64,000 nucleotides of DNA. Origin: Candidatus Aminicenantales bacterium. Its GTDB lineage: Bacteria > Acidobacteriota > Aminicenantia > Aminicenantales > Saccharicenantaceae. The stretch's first letter is position 1, and the number at the start of each line of letters is the position of its first letter. This document shows positions 51,265 through 64,000 of this stretch, in pieces. Where the stretch lies: NCBI GenBank assembly GCA_050015275.1, contig JBEKBS010000013.1, positions 4,589 through 68,588 of the forward strand, given 5' to 3'. The notes under the pieces were generated by a model that saw nothing but the letters and a program-made list of their open reading frames with translations, did not search any database and had not been told where the DNA came from. Made by a program: the position numbers and the translations under genes.

Positions 51265-52497
51265 CTATTTCCCGGCGAAAGCCGCCTCGATCTCCTTCAG
51301 GCCGACGCCGAAGACGGAGCGGGCGATCGCCTCGAGCGCCTTCTCCGGCCCCTGGAGGTGGATCGTCGTGTGGACGTGGGCGAGCGTTTCGCCCGGCCTG
51401 AGGTCGGCCGCCGGCGATGACGACTCCAGCTCGTAAAATGGCCCCAGCGGTTTCGCCCCCGGCGACGCAGGGCCATCGTTGTAGCTATTGACGACGTCCC
51501 CGGCGAACGGATCGTCCTGGATCTTCCACATCGAATTGACGTAGTCCGTCACGCCCTCGGGGATGGTGACGTGGATGACCGTCAGGACATTGTTCGCGGT
51601 GTCGTAGCTCCCGGCGAAAGGCTTGACGCGCCTGGGAGAGATCCCGATCTTGCTCCGGTATTTCCCGTCGCCGCTGAAAAAGAGGACGCCCTCCTTTTCC
51701 CTGACGATCAGCCGGTCCGCAGGCACCTTGCCGAAGTAGGCATCGTTGACGACAGGACCGAGGTCCGCCTCCGAGCCGGTCTTGAACGGGATGACGATGG
51801 TCGTCGCAGGCGAGGGATTGAACATGCCCAGGATCCAGACAGAGAGCAGCCCCGTTTCCTTGGCCCAGGACTTCGTCCCGATGTTGGTGATCCTGTTGTC
51901 CGATGAATAAGCCACCATCCTGACTCCGGCCGGGACAGGGACTCCGAGGCCCTGGACCTCGTCCGCCTTGAGGATCCGGACCTCGCGGTTGAGCTCGAGG
52001 TCGAACTCCGCGGCCGAATAGTTCACGAGATGCATGACCTTCCGGAAATGGATGCTGTCGGCCTTCCTCTTGACGACGTCGTAAGCCGCCTCATTGACCG
52101 GGGGCGGAGTGAACCAGTGGTCCAGGTCGAAGGGGTCGCCCTTCTTGAAAAAGATCGAGAACTGGCCGCCCTCGGGTCCGAGCCAGAAGCGGTCCTCGCC
52201 GCCGAAGGCGTTCATGTGGGGATTCTTCGCGCCCGAGGCGATGAGCTCCCGGTTGATCCAGCCGAAGCTCAACCCGTCGGGCCCGCCGGCCGTGCTCGTC
52301 ATGACCCGGCCCTGGAGGTCGGGGTTGACGGCCACCTGGGCCAGGTTATTCGCGCCGGTCAGGATGATGGCCTTGGTATGGGCCATGAGGAATGTCGCGT
52401 CGTCCTTGAAAAGGATCCCTTCCGGGGCTTTCGCGGATTTCCCGCAGCCGGCCGCGAGGGCGATGACCAGCAGCGCCGTCCAGATGCCATATCTCAT
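51265..52497 (-). CDS. Conserved hypothetical lipoprotein (beta-rich; recalled as DUF6786-like, unverified)
   Basis: Lipobox LAAGC; motifs FGGEDRFWLGPEGGQFS, NSYNDGP, FYELESSSPA; start ATG 52497 after AGGAGG. Confidence 0.65.
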   Translation of the reverse strand: MRYGIWTALLVIALAAGCGKSAKAPEGILFKDDATFLMAHTKAIILTGANNLAQVAVNPDLQGRVMTSTAGGPDGLSFGWINRELIASGAKNPHMNAFGGEDRFWLGPEGGQFSIFFKKGDPFDLDHWFTPPPVNEAAYDVVKRKADSIHFRKVMHLVNYSAAEFDLELNREVRILKADEVQGLGVPVPAGVRMVAYSSDNRITNIGTKSWAKETGLLSVWILGMFNPSPATTIVIPFKTGSEADLGPVVNDAYFGKVPADRLIVREKEGVLFFSGDGKYRSKIGISPRRVKPFAGSYDTANNVLTVIHVTIPEGVTDYVNSMWKIQDDPFAGDVVNSYNDGPASPGAKPLGPFYELESSSPAADLRPGETLAHVHTTIHLQGPEKALEAIARSVFGVGLKEIEAAFAGK

Positions 52498-52514
52498 GGG
52501 GCCTCCTTCTTGCG

Positions 52515-53678
52515 TTATTTCCCCCGGCTCTCGACGAGCCGGGCCGCGAACCATTCCCAGATCGCCTTGTTGAAGGCAAGGCTCGGCGGTGTCCCCTCGA
52601 GGATGGCCCGATAGCTCGTCAACGGGTCTCCGGGCTTTAGCCGGTGGCGGGGCTCGGCGTCGAAGAGGAGGGGATGTTCCGGGTGGAACTGGACCCCGAG
52701 GACGCACGGGTATTTCTTGTGCGTGACCGCCTCGATGATCCTCCCGTCCCGCGACGTGGCGATGGGGACGAGGTCCTTCCCGAGCTTCTCAACCGCCTGG
52801 TGATGGGAGCTCAGGATCCGCGGGTGGTCCGTCGTTTTGAAGCCCAGGGCGGAACAAAACAGGCCCTTTTCGCCGAGCTCGAGAGAGTGAAAATTGTAGC
52901 TCATGAGCTTGTCCAGGGGGAAAAGCAGCCGGTAGGGATTGTTGTGCCACCGCTCGGGGCCCAGGGCGATCGCGTCCTCGACCGTGGTCTTCCCATAAAC
53001 CTCGGCCCAGATGTCCTGGGTCAGGGTCCCGCCCGTTCCGACGTTCATGGTCTGGAAGCCCAGGCAGATGCCGAGGACCGGGAACCGGGGCCGCGAATCC
53101 AGGAGCGCTGTGAACGCGTCGTCCTGCGACCCGCCCAGGAGGTGGAAGACGGCCGAAACCTCCAGGTCGTGCCGGGCGGGGTCCTCGATCGACGTCAGCA
53201 GGCTCGTTTTCTTCTTGTAGACGGACGCCGGGATATCGGGCCCGCCGAAGAAGATGACCCCGTCGGCCTTTTTGACGATCTCGGCGAATTCGGGCGTGCA
53301 GGCGTTTTTCCGGAAAAGGACGGGCTCGCTGATCTCCGCGGTGACCTCGTGGAACTTGAACCAGTCGAGGCCGTTGTCGGCGACGTACTTCCGCGACTCC
53401 TCGAACTTCCCGATCTGCCGGACGTGATAGACGCCGATGACGGTGAGGTTGGGGATATTGAGCGTCCCGTTTTTCCGGAGGGTGGCCAGGGCCCGGATGT
53501 TGAAGACCTCGGGATTGAAGATGACGAGATGGACGTTCCCGTCCTTCACGGAGAGCTGGTCGAGGGCCCGGTCCGGCGCCTGAGCCGCGGCCGGAATGGA
53601 CAGGCCCAGGGCCAGGCAGAGGATCACGGCGGCCGCGATGTTCATGACAGAGAGTCTTCTCATTCTGTTCTCCCGCAT
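52515..53678 (-). CDS. Peptidase C26 / gamma-glutamyl hydrolase (class I GATase fold) with signal peptide
   Basis: GGPDI, GICLGFQ (nucleophile Cys), SSHHQAV, GVQFHPE; signal 'AAAVILCLALGLSIPAAA-Q'; start 53678 or 53663. Confidence 0.8.
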   Translation of the reverse strand: MRENRMRRLSVMNIAAAVILCLALGLSIPAAAQAPDRALDQLSVKDGNVHLVIFNPEVFNIRALATLRKNGTLNIPNLTVIGVYHVRQIGKFEESRKYVADNGLDWFKFHEVTAEISEPVLFRKNACTPEFAEIVKKADGVIFFGGPDIPASVYKKKTSLLTSIEDPARHDLEVSAVFHLLGGSQDDAFTALLDSRPRFPVLGICLGFQTMNVGTGGTLTQDIWAEVYGKTTVEDAIALGPERWHNNPYRLLFPLDKLMSYNFHSLELGEKGLFCSALGFKTTDHPRILSSHHQAVEKLGKDLVPIATSRDGRIIEAVTHKKYPCVLGVQFHPEHPLLFDAEPRHRLKPGDPLTSYRAILEGTPPSLAFNKAIWEWFAARLVESRGK

Positions 53679-53821
53679 CGATGTTCGGACTCGGGGGTCA
53701 TTATAATGATTTCCCGCCGGCTTTCGCAACAATCCGCCCGAGGTCCGAAATCCGGCCCTGCTGCCGCGGGAAACGTCTGCCCCGGCCGAGCGCGATCGAT
53801 GGACGAGTGATATAATAGAAA

Positions 53822-54136
53822 ATGAAGGAAGCGGTTATGGACTCCGATCGGCCTGATGCGAACAACCCCCGGCAGCGTTGGGAACCGGCACATGTCGAGT
53901 GCTATTCGGGGAGCCGGGAAGGGGAGACCCCCCGCGCCGTCACCCTTGGAGGGATACGTTTTCCCGTGGCCGAGGTCCTCTCGAGGGAGCGGGTGCGCGA
54001 CGTCCGGACTGGCCTGACGGCGGAGATGTTCCAGTGTCGGCTGGAGGCCGGCTGGCCGGTCTCGCTCGAGCGGTCCGAAGACGGCTCGTGGCGGGTCCGC
54101 CGAAGCGCGTCTTTTTTCTGCGGCGGCAATAAATAA
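53822..54136 (+). CDS. Small hypothetical protein
   Basis: 'VECYSGSREGETPRAV...VAEVL...W' small beta-rich protein; TATAAT at 53811-53816; start 53822 or 53837. Confidence 0.5.
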   Translation: MKEAVMDSDRPDANNPRQRWEPAHVECYSGSREGETPRAVTLGGIRFPVAEVLSRERVRDVRTGLTAEMFQCRLEAGWPVSLERSEDGSWRVRRSASFFCGGNK

Positions 54137-54217
54137 CCGGAGGACTCCCCGGACAGCCGCCGGTGCCCCCTCGAGCGTTCGTGGACGGGACGGACTCGGG
54201 CGCCGTATAATAGCCGG

Positions 54218-57640
<3,423 letters not shown>

Positions 57641-57675
57641 ATTATAATGAATTGATATTAAAAAAGATGTGCGGA

Positions 57676-58653
57676 ATGACAAGCGCCCGAAGAACGGCCC
57701 CGATCCTCCTCGCGGTCCTCTCCCTCCTTGCGTCCGGCTGCGGCCGCGGGGGGGAGAAAGCGGGGCCCGTCGCCAAGATCACCAATTTCGTCCAGGCGAA
57801 GCTCAAACGCGGGCCCATCCTCAAGATCGAGTCCCAGGAGTTCTCGAACGACGACCTGACGGCTTACATCAGGACGGCGGGCGGGAATGAGACCAAGGGC
57901 CTCTCGCCGGAATCCCTGAGCCGCCTTTTCGACAGGTTCGTCGATGATAAGATCCTGCTCGAAGCGGCCCGGCAGCGGAACGTGACCCTGACCTGGGACG
58001 AAAAAAAGAGCTACCTGGCCAAGCGGGCCGGCGAGACGGGCAGCAACCAGCCCGCCCCTGAGCCGGACGCCGCCGGGCCGGACAGCATGTTCGACGGGCT
58101 CCTCGTCGACAAGTATGCCTATCAGGTCATCAAGGACATCCGGGCCGACGATGCCGAGGTCCAGTCCTACTACGACCAACACAAAAAGGATTTCCTCCTT
58201 TCGGAGAGGGTCCAGGTGAGCCAGGTCCTCCTCCCGAGTGAGCAGCGGGCCGTCGCGGCCCTCAGGAGGGTCGAGAACGCTCCCGAAGAGGAGTTCAGGA
58301 GAGTGGCCCGGGAGGAATCCTCGGGCCCCGAGGCCTTCAAGGGCGGCGTGATGGGGGTCTACAAGCGGGGCGACCTTCCCTACGACATGGAAAAAGTGAT
58401 CTTCGCCCTGGACGAGGGGAAGTTCAGCCAGGTCGTCGAATCGTCATACGGATACCACGTTTTCCGGCTGGACAAGAAGTTCCCTCCCCAGCTCCAGGCC
58501 TTGGCCGACGCGGCGCCGGCGATCCGGATCAAGGTCCTCGAGCAGAAGATCAAGGATACGCTGGCCGCCCATCTCCAAGGACTGAAGGAGACCCTGAGCT
58601 GGAAGACCTTTCCCGAAAACCTATTCTTTGCTTACCAGAGGTTGGACCGATGA
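57676..58653 (+). CDS. SurA/PrsA-like parvulin PPIase lipoprotein
   Basis: Lipobox LASGC; parvulin 'SSGPEAFKGG..G...VVESSYGYHVF'; start 57667 or 57676. Confidence 0.8.
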   Translation: MTSARRTAPILLAVLSLLASGCGRGGEKAGPVAKITNFVQAKLKRGPILKIESQEFSNDDLTAYIRTAGGNETKGLSPESLSRLFDRFVDDKILLEAARQRNVTLTWDEKKSYLAKRAGETGSNQPAPEPDAAGPDSMFDGLLVDKYAYQVIKDIRADDAEVQSYYDQHKKDFLLSERVQVSQVLLPSEQRAVAALRRVENAPEEEFRRVAREESSGPEAFKGGVMGVYKRGDLPYDMEKVIFALDEGKFSQVVESSYGYHVFRLDKKFPPQLQALADAAPAIRIKVLEQKIKDTLAAHLQGLKETLSWKTFPENLFFAYQRLDR

Positions 58654-59627
58654 AAAAAGCCCTCATGTGCTTGATCGTCACGGGGATCGCCGGAGCGGCG
58701 CTCCTCGCCGGAGCGCCGCAAGTCGTCGAGGAGATCGTGGCCGTCGTCAACGACGAGATCATCACGCTCTCCCAGTACAAGCAGATGTTCGAGATGCAGA
58801 TCCAGCAGCTCAAGGCCGAGAATCTGCCGCAACAGGAATACGACAAGCAATACAAGCTTGTCAGGAACGGTCTCCTCGACGCCATGATCACGGAGACCCT
58901 CATCCTCCAGCAGGCCAAGGAGAAGAACCTCAGCGTCAGCGACGAGCTCAAGCATAACCTCGAGGCCCTCAAGAAGGAGAACAATTTCACCTCGGACGAG
59001 GACCTCCGCCGGGCCGTCGAGCAGCAGGGGATCCCCTACGAACAGTGGCTCAAGCAATACCAGGAAACCCTTCTCAAGCAGATGATCATGGTCTCTGAGG
59101 TGTACCGGTCCATCGTCCTGGACGAATCGGAGGTCGTCCGGTATTACAAGCAGCATCCCCAGGAGTTCACGGTCCCCACGGAATACAAGCTTCGCGCCGT
59201 CTACCTGGCCACGGAGCACCGCACGCCCGAAGCCCTCGAAGCCCTCAAGGCGGAAGCGGACGGCAAGCTCAAGGCCGGAGCGGCCTTCCCGGATGTGGCC
59301 GCGGCGCTCTCGGACCCTCCCATCAAGGAAGCCAAGGGCGACCTGGGGACGCTCAAGAAGGGCGAGCTCGATAAGACCTTGGAGGAAGCCGTCGAGAAAC
59401 TGAAGGCCGGCGAGGTCAGCCCCTGGGTTGCGGCCAAGAACGGCTGGTACCTGCTCAAGCTCGAGGAGAGGAAAGAAAGCTACCTGAGGACTTTCGACGA
59501 GGCCCGGCCCGAGATCCAGGAGAGGCTCCTGGCCGAAAAGCGCCAGAAGAAAAGCGAAGATTACATCGCCTCCCTCAAGGCACAAAGCTACATCAAGATC
59601 CTGAAGCCCAACCCGCTCGATTACTGA
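58650..59627 (+). CDS. SurA-like parvulin PPIase
   Basis: Signal peptide, 'IVAVVNDEIIT' SurA N-domain, 'KGDLG...GEVS...GWYLLK'. Confidence 0.88.
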   Translation: MKKALMCLIVTGIAGAALLAGAPQVVEEIVAVVNDEIITLSQYKQMFEMQIQQLKAENLPQQEYDKQYKLVRNGLLDAMITETLILQQAKEKNLSVSDELKHNLEALKKENNFTSDEDLRRAVEQQGIPYEQWLKQYQETLLKQMIMVSEVYRSIVLDESEVVRYYKQHPQEFTVPTEYKLRAVYLATEHRTPEALEALKAEADGKLKAGAAFPDVAAALSDPPIKEAKGDLGTLKKGELDKTLEEAVEKLKAGEVSPWVAAKNGWYLLKLEERKESYLRTFDEARPEIQERLLAEKRQKKSEDYIASLKAQSYIKILKPNPLDY

Positions 59628-59631
59628 TTAT

Positions 59632-59662
59632 ATTTCGGTGACATACAACTAATTACCGAAAT
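59632..59662. terminator. Hairpin between convergent genes (possible terminator)
   Basis: ATTTCGGT (59632-59639) / ACCGAAAT (59655-59662) inverted repeat in an AT-rich gap. Confidence 0.4.
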
Positions 59663-60204
59663 TATGAGATAAGGACAGCGGCCGCCAAGGCCGTCGTCCA
59701 CAGACCTTTCTCCCCCGTCGCCGTCCGGGAGATGCTCCGCGTCTCGAGAGAGATCCCGTTCGAGATCTTGTACGCCCGGCGGCCCTTCTCGGGGTCCTTC
59801 AGCTTTCCCCCCATCTTCGTGGCCAGCATCTCGGCGGCCAGGTATTCGGTGTAGAGCCCGGCCTCCTTTTCGGTCGGCCCGCCGCCTTCGTGCTCGGCGA
59901 GGTAGCCGTAGCAGGACGGGTCCTTCGGGATGGCCATCCCGATCGAAGCCGAGACCAGCCGGCCGGCCTCGTCCGTCGCGCTCTCGCTCAGGACAACGAA
60001 AAGGATCTGGCCCGGTTTGAGGAGCCGGACCCCTTCCTGCCTTGAGATGAGCCGGCAGTGCGGGGGATAGATGCTCGAGACCCGGACGAGGTTGAACGGG
60101 GCGATCCCCGCCTCCCGGAGGGCCTTCTCGAAGCTGACCAGCTTTTCCGTGTGCTGACCCCGGCCCCGGGTCAGGAACACTTTCGAGGGAACGATGACGC
60201 TCAT
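59662..60204 (-). CDS. pdaD: Pyruvoyl-dependent arginine decarboxylase
   Basis: SFEKALREAGIAPFNLVRVSSIYPP (Ser-Ser self-cleavage site), GYLAEH, WTTALAAAV. Confidence 0.9.
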   Translation of the reverse strand: MSVIVPSKVFLTRGRGQHTEKLVSFEKALREAGIAPFNLVRVSSIYPPHCRLISRQEGVRLLKPGQILFVVLSESATDEAGRLVSASIGMAIPKDPSCYGYLAEHEGGGPTEKEAGLYTEYLAAEMLATKMGGKLKDPEKGRRAYKISNGISLETRSISRTATGEKGLWTTALAAAVLIS

Positions 60205-60221
60205 GGCTCTGGCTCTCCGGC

Positions 60222-60764
60222 CTATTTCTTGACGTCTTCTTTCTTGGGCTCGACGACCGCGTCCTCCTTGAAATCGATGAAGCGGGACACGTCATAGACG
60301 CCGATGAGGACGGGCTGGGTGCCCTTGGACTGGGCGAACAGCCGGACCTCGGCCTGCTTCCAGCCCGGGTTGTCCTTGATGCTCTTGAGGTCCTTCCCAT
60401 CCACGCCGAAATTGCTTCTCATGGCGATCGCCTCGCTCTTGCCCCCGGGCGCGACGGACTTGCCGCGGATCGCGGCCAGGAAGCAGTCGCCGAAGTTCTC
60501 GCGGTCACCCTTGAAATTGAAAACCGCGTTGAAATTGACATAATTCATGGGCTTCGGGCTGAGGTTCTTGACCTGGAAGGAGAGCACCGGGACCAGGATC
60601 AACCGGGGCGGCCACTGCTGATAAAGTTTGGAAACCCACTTGGTCTCGATATCCGTGATTTCGATGGAAGCCTTGAGCTCCTGGGGCGTCATGCGCGTGC
60701 AACCGGCCTGAAAAAGAAGGGGCAGGGCCCCGAGGACAAGGACGACCGCCGCGGTCTTCTTCAT
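60222..60764 (-). CDS. Hypothetical lipoprotein
   Basis: MKKT + hydrophobic stretch + QAGC lipobox; AGGAG RBS; start ATG 60764. Confidence 0.7.
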   Translation of the reverse strand: MKKTAAVVLVLGALPLLFQAGCTRMTPQELKASIEITDIETKWVSKLYQQWPPRLILVPVLSFQVKNLSPKPMNYVNFNAVFNFKGDRENFGDCFLAAIRGKSVAPGGKSEAIAMRSNFGVDGKDLKSIKDNPGWKQAEVRLFAQSKGTQPVLIGVYDVSRFIDFKEDAVVEPKKEDVKK

Positions 60765-60885
60765 GGGATTTCTCCTCTCTAACCGTTTCAATGATAACGG
60801 ACGGGCGGGAATTATGCAACCGTGCCGGCCCCCGGGACCGGTCACTCGCGCGGTTTCTCTTTTTCGATGGAAAAAGTCCCCAGGG

Positions 60886-63800
60886 CTATCTCTTCACCGG
60901 CCCCAGGTACTTATCGAACCAGGCCAGGGTTTCCCTGATGAATTCATTCACGGGCGGGATATGGTCTGTTTCGTAAAATTTCTGCTCCTTGTCCTTGGCC
61001 GGAGTTCCCAATAGAGCAAACATCGGCTTTGATGATGTCTCCGGCGGGAAAAACGAGTCATACTTGCCGTTCAACATCAAAGTAGGCGACTTCACCCGGG
61101 TCACATAGTTGATTTGGTTCACCTCCGGGCGTCCTTGTCCCGCATTGCCGAAGCCTCCGGCCAAGAGAACACTGGCCTTGAGGCGCTCCTCGACGGCCAG
61201 GATCATGGGCGCGAGCATCGACCCGTAGCTCATCCCTTCTAAGGCCAGTTTCCGGCTGTCGATATCCGGGCGGGTTTCGAGATAGTCGATGGATCTTCTA
61301 AGGTCCTTGACCTGTTGAATGAAGACTTCTCTCCACTGCACGGAACTCCAATTTCCCTCGATGACGGAAATCAAGGCATCGTTCCCGCGCTCGAAGAATC
61401 CCTTATAGACGGGATAGATGACGGCCCGTCCGTTCTTGATGAGAAAAGAGAAGAACATGGGGACTTCATAATAGTTCTCGATGTCTTGGCTCGACCGCTG
61501 AAACACGGGAGCGTCGCCGCCCATATAGATGACGGTCTGATAGGGCGGCGCGGCGTTCCTGGGAAGGAAGAGATAGGCCATGACGCGTTCGCCGCCGTAG
61601 GCGGCGTCGAAGCTGATCTTCTCCAGAGTCCATTCGGGGCTTTCTTTCCTCGATTCCACGCGGGCCTTCAGATCGGTTTTATCGTAGGAAAACTGTTCCT
61701 TGTAAACCTGGAAAACAGAATCAGCCGCCGGCATTTGCTTGGCGTAATCTTCCGTTTCGCCGCTTTGGGGAAGGCCCAGGGACTTGACCATTTGAAAGGC
61801 CAACCCTGGGATCTTGTCCGGCTCGGGATAAAGAGCGCAGCGGAACCCGTTCTTGGCGGAACGGTCCATGGCCGGCGCTTGACTCATATTGTCGAACATG
61901 TAGGTGTTTTCCCCCCAGGCGCCGCCCCTGATGACGCGCCCTTTTGGGGTTTCATTTGAGCACCATTCCCTCACGTTCCCGGCCATGTCAAAAGCCCCGT
62001 AGGCCGTCACCCCCGGAAGGCTTCCCGCCGGGACCGGACCTTTGCCCGTGAAATTGCTGAAAGGGGCGAAGACGGCGAAACCGCCGAGCTGGGGATACTC
62101 GATGATCGGCGTATATTCGCCTCTCGCGACCCCCCAATGGGTTCCCGTCGGCAGGCTTTTCCCGGCGAATTCCGCGTATGCGGCCGCCTCGTACCAGCTG
62201 ATCCCCGACACAGGATAATCCGCTTGTCCCTCAGGATAATCGCCCGCCTGCCACCCGGCCGGACCAGGCAGGCTGGTCTGGTCGACGAATCCCTTGACGG
62301 CTTCTTCCCAGGTCAGATCTTTTCCGTCCTTGATGAATTTCTGCTTCCAGTATTTCTTGTTCCTGTAACCGCTGCCGTTGACGAATTCCTTGTATTGCTT
62401 GTTGGTAACCTCATATTTATCGATATAGAAATCCGCCAACTTTCCGACCGGTGTTTCCGCTCCCGTGACCCGCACCATGCCCGGCGGGATGCTGCCTTTC
62501 TTGTCCAGGACCCTCACCAGATTGTAGCCAACGATGATATTATGGCCCGAGATATCTCCATCCCAAGTGGACGCCGCGGCCAGGACCGTCTCATAGCCCT
62601 CTTTTTCCATCTTCCAGCGGAAGATACCGATAGGCAGCCTGACCTTCTCAATAGGGGATACACCGAGATAGGTCCATTCGCTCGCCGGAGTTGAATATTC
62701 TTTCATGAAGACCTTCGCGCCGGGAGGTTCGGTTTTGATGTCGATCCTCAAGGAGCATTTCGAAAAGATCCCGGCCAGCTTAGGATCGAGCGGGATGTAG
62801 GCTTCCGCCTTTTCCGCGAGTCGATAGACGGGTATGAGATTGCGCCAACAATCATTTCCCTCGATGAGCTTCTCCATCTCGGGGAGCGCCACCTGCCTGG
62901 CCCAGCGGACATGTGATTGGTGCTTGAAAAACCGGGTTCCAAAAAAGGCCAGGGCGGCCAGAACGGCCAACGTCGGAATGGCGACCCGGGGCTTGCGAAG
63001 TCGTCGGCTGAGCGTTTTCAGGTTCACCACGCCGGACTCGGCCAGCTGGAGGCTCGTCTGATAAGCCCTCAGGTCTTTTAGCATTTCGTCCGCGGAGCCA
63101 TAGCGGGCCTCGCGGTTCTTCTTGAGCGCCCGGAAGATGACCTGTTGCAGCTCGCCCGGAACCGGGGGCTTGCGGACCTTGAGGGGCTTCGGCTCCTCGT
63201 GGACGATCGAATAGATGATGGAGACGTCCCTGTCGCCTTTGAACGGGACCTCGCCCGTGAGCATTTCGTAGAAGACGACGCCGAGCGACCAGAGGTCCGT
63301 CCGTTGGTCCAATTCATCTCCGCGGGCTTGCTCCGGGGACATGTAGGCCACCGTCCCCAGCGTCGTCTGACTCTTGGTCAGCGAACTCCCACCTTGCAGT
63401 TTGGCCAGCCCGAAGTCCATGACCTTGGCCTGGCCCTTGTCCGTCACCATGATGTTCGCGCTCTTGATGTCGCGATGGATGATGCCCTTGCGGTGGGCCT
63501 CGCCCAGGCCGGCGGCGATCTGACTTGTGATGTCGACCGCGTTCTCCGTCTTCAAGGGGCCTTTATTGATCTTATCTCGGAGTGTCTCACCCTCGACGTA
63601 CTCCATGGCGATGAAGGACCGGTCTTCGGCTTCCCCGACTTCATAGATGACACAGATGTTCGGATGGGAGAGGGCCGCGGCCGCCTGGGCCTCGATGAGG
63701 AACCTCTCCTTGAGTTCGGGCAAGTTCATCAGGTGCGGCGGGAGAAATTTCAAGGCGACCATGCGCTTGAGCTTGAGGTCCTCAGCTTTGTAGACAACTC

Positions 63801-63999
63801 CCATGCCGCCCCGGCCGATCTCCTCGACGATCCGGTATTTCCCGGCGATGAGCTTATCTTTCGATATGACAGAAAGCGGAGTTGCGAGTGTTTTCGTGAG
63901 GGAATCCGGGAGCTGCCCCTCCTGGGCGAGCAGCGCGGCGCAGCTGCCGCAAAAGCGGGACGTGTCGGGATTATCGGCGTGACATTGAGGACATTTCAT
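60886..63999 (-). CDS. Membrane Ser/Thr kinase: Zn ribbon + Hanks kinase + TM + PEGA-like + FGE/SUMF1-like + alpha/beta hydrolase
   Basis: CPQC...CGSC; GRGGMGVVY, VALK, HRDIKSAN, DFG, YMSPE; TM 'VAIPTLAVLAALAFF'; DKYEVTN, PVSGISWYEAAAYA, DMAGNVREW, GFRC; GMSYG...D...H triad. Confidence 0.88.
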   Translation of the reverse strand: MKCPQCHADNPDTSRFCGSCAALLAQEGQLPDSLTKTLATPLSVISKDKLIAGKYRIVEEIGRGGMGVVYKAEDLKLKRMVALKFLPPHLMNLPELKERFLIEAQAAAALSHPNICVIYEVGEAEDRSFIAMEYVEGETLRDKINKGPLKTENAVDITSQIAAGLGEAHRKGIIHRDIKSANIMVTDKGQAKVMDFGLAKLQGGSSLTKSQTTLGTVAYMSPEQARGDELDQRTDLWSLGVVFYEMLTGEVPFKGDRDVSIIYSIVHEEPKPLKVRKPPVPGELQQVIFRALKKNREARYGSADEMLKDLRAYQTSLQLAESGVVNLKTLSRRLRKPRVAIPTLAVLAALAFFGTRFFKHQSHVRWARQVALPEMEKLIEGNDCWRNLIPVYRLAEKAEAYIPLDPKLAGIFSKCSLRIDIKTEPPGAKVFMKEYSTPASEWTYLGVSPIEKVRLPIGIFRWKMEKEGYETVLAAASTWDGDISGHNIIVGYNLVRVLDKKGSIPPGMVRVTGAETPVGKLADFYIDKYEVTNKQYKEFVNGSGYRNKKYWKQKFIKDGKDLTWEEAVKGFVDQTSLPGPAGWQAGDYPEGQADYPVSGISWYEAAAYAEFAGKSLPTGTHWGVARGEYTPIIEYPQLGGFAVFAPFSNFTGKGPVPAGSLPGVTAYGAFDMAGNVREWCSNETPKGRVIRGGAWGENTYMFDNMSQAPAMDRSAKNGFRCALYPEPDKIPGLAFQMVKSLGLPQSGETEDYAKQMPAADSVFQVYKEQFSYDKTDLKARVESRKESPEWTLEKISFDAAYGGERVMAYLFLPRNAAPPYQTVIYMGGDAPVFQRSSQDIENYYEVPMFFSFLIKNGRAVIYPVYKGFFERGNDALISVIEGNWSSVQWREVFIQQVKDLRRSIDYLETRPDIDSRKLALEGMSYGSMLAPMILAVEERLKASVLLAGGFGNAGQGRPEVNQINYVTRVKSPTLMLNGKYDSFFPPETSSKPMFALLGTPAKDKEQKFYETDHIPPVNEFIRETLAWFDKYLGPVKR

Positions 64000-64000
64000 G

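Overview
GC-rich chromosomal segment from a diderm bacterium (Lpt, Tol-Pal, sigma-54 and a regulatory PTS are present). The gene repertoire, especially the zinc-ribbon/Ser-Thr kinase/FGE-like/hydrolase fusion, suggests the Acidobacteriota-Aminicenantes radiation, but this is inference only. Most of the window is housekeeping: holA, rpsT, murJ, dtd, ribD-ribE-ribBA, ftsY, recJ, lptC/A-lptB-rpoN-hpf-ptsN-hprK-rapZ-EIIA-HPr-EI, ssb, tol-pal, a DUF1998 helicase, uvrA, holB, a PSP1/RicT protein, an ECF sigma/anti-sigma pair, ftsK, rsmA, accD, folC, atpF'FHAGDC, mfd, two SurA-type PPIases and pdaD. The standout is a compact, largely translationally coupled RiPP-like cluster at about 3.5-9.0 kb. It encodes three paralogous radical SAM/SPASM enzymes (the first fused to an HprK/PEPCK-fold P-loop kinase-like domain), a stand-alone PqqD/RRE and a soluble S24/S26 Ser-His peptidase. 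It ends in a 60-65 aa precursor with a lasso-type WxxPxL leader and a six-Cys, Ser/Thr/Asn-rich core that ends in Ser; this gene has its own near-consensus sigma-70 promoter and a terminator. Secondary oddities are an unannotated 28-aa membrane micropeptide with a near-consensus promoter, a UvrA lacking the insertion domain, a D-to-E pseudo-receiver, a truncated HprK, a truncated ATP synthase epsilon, and several apparently leaderless genes. No rRNA, tRNA, CRISPR array, integrase or transposase was recognised. All calls come from motif reading only; no database search was run.
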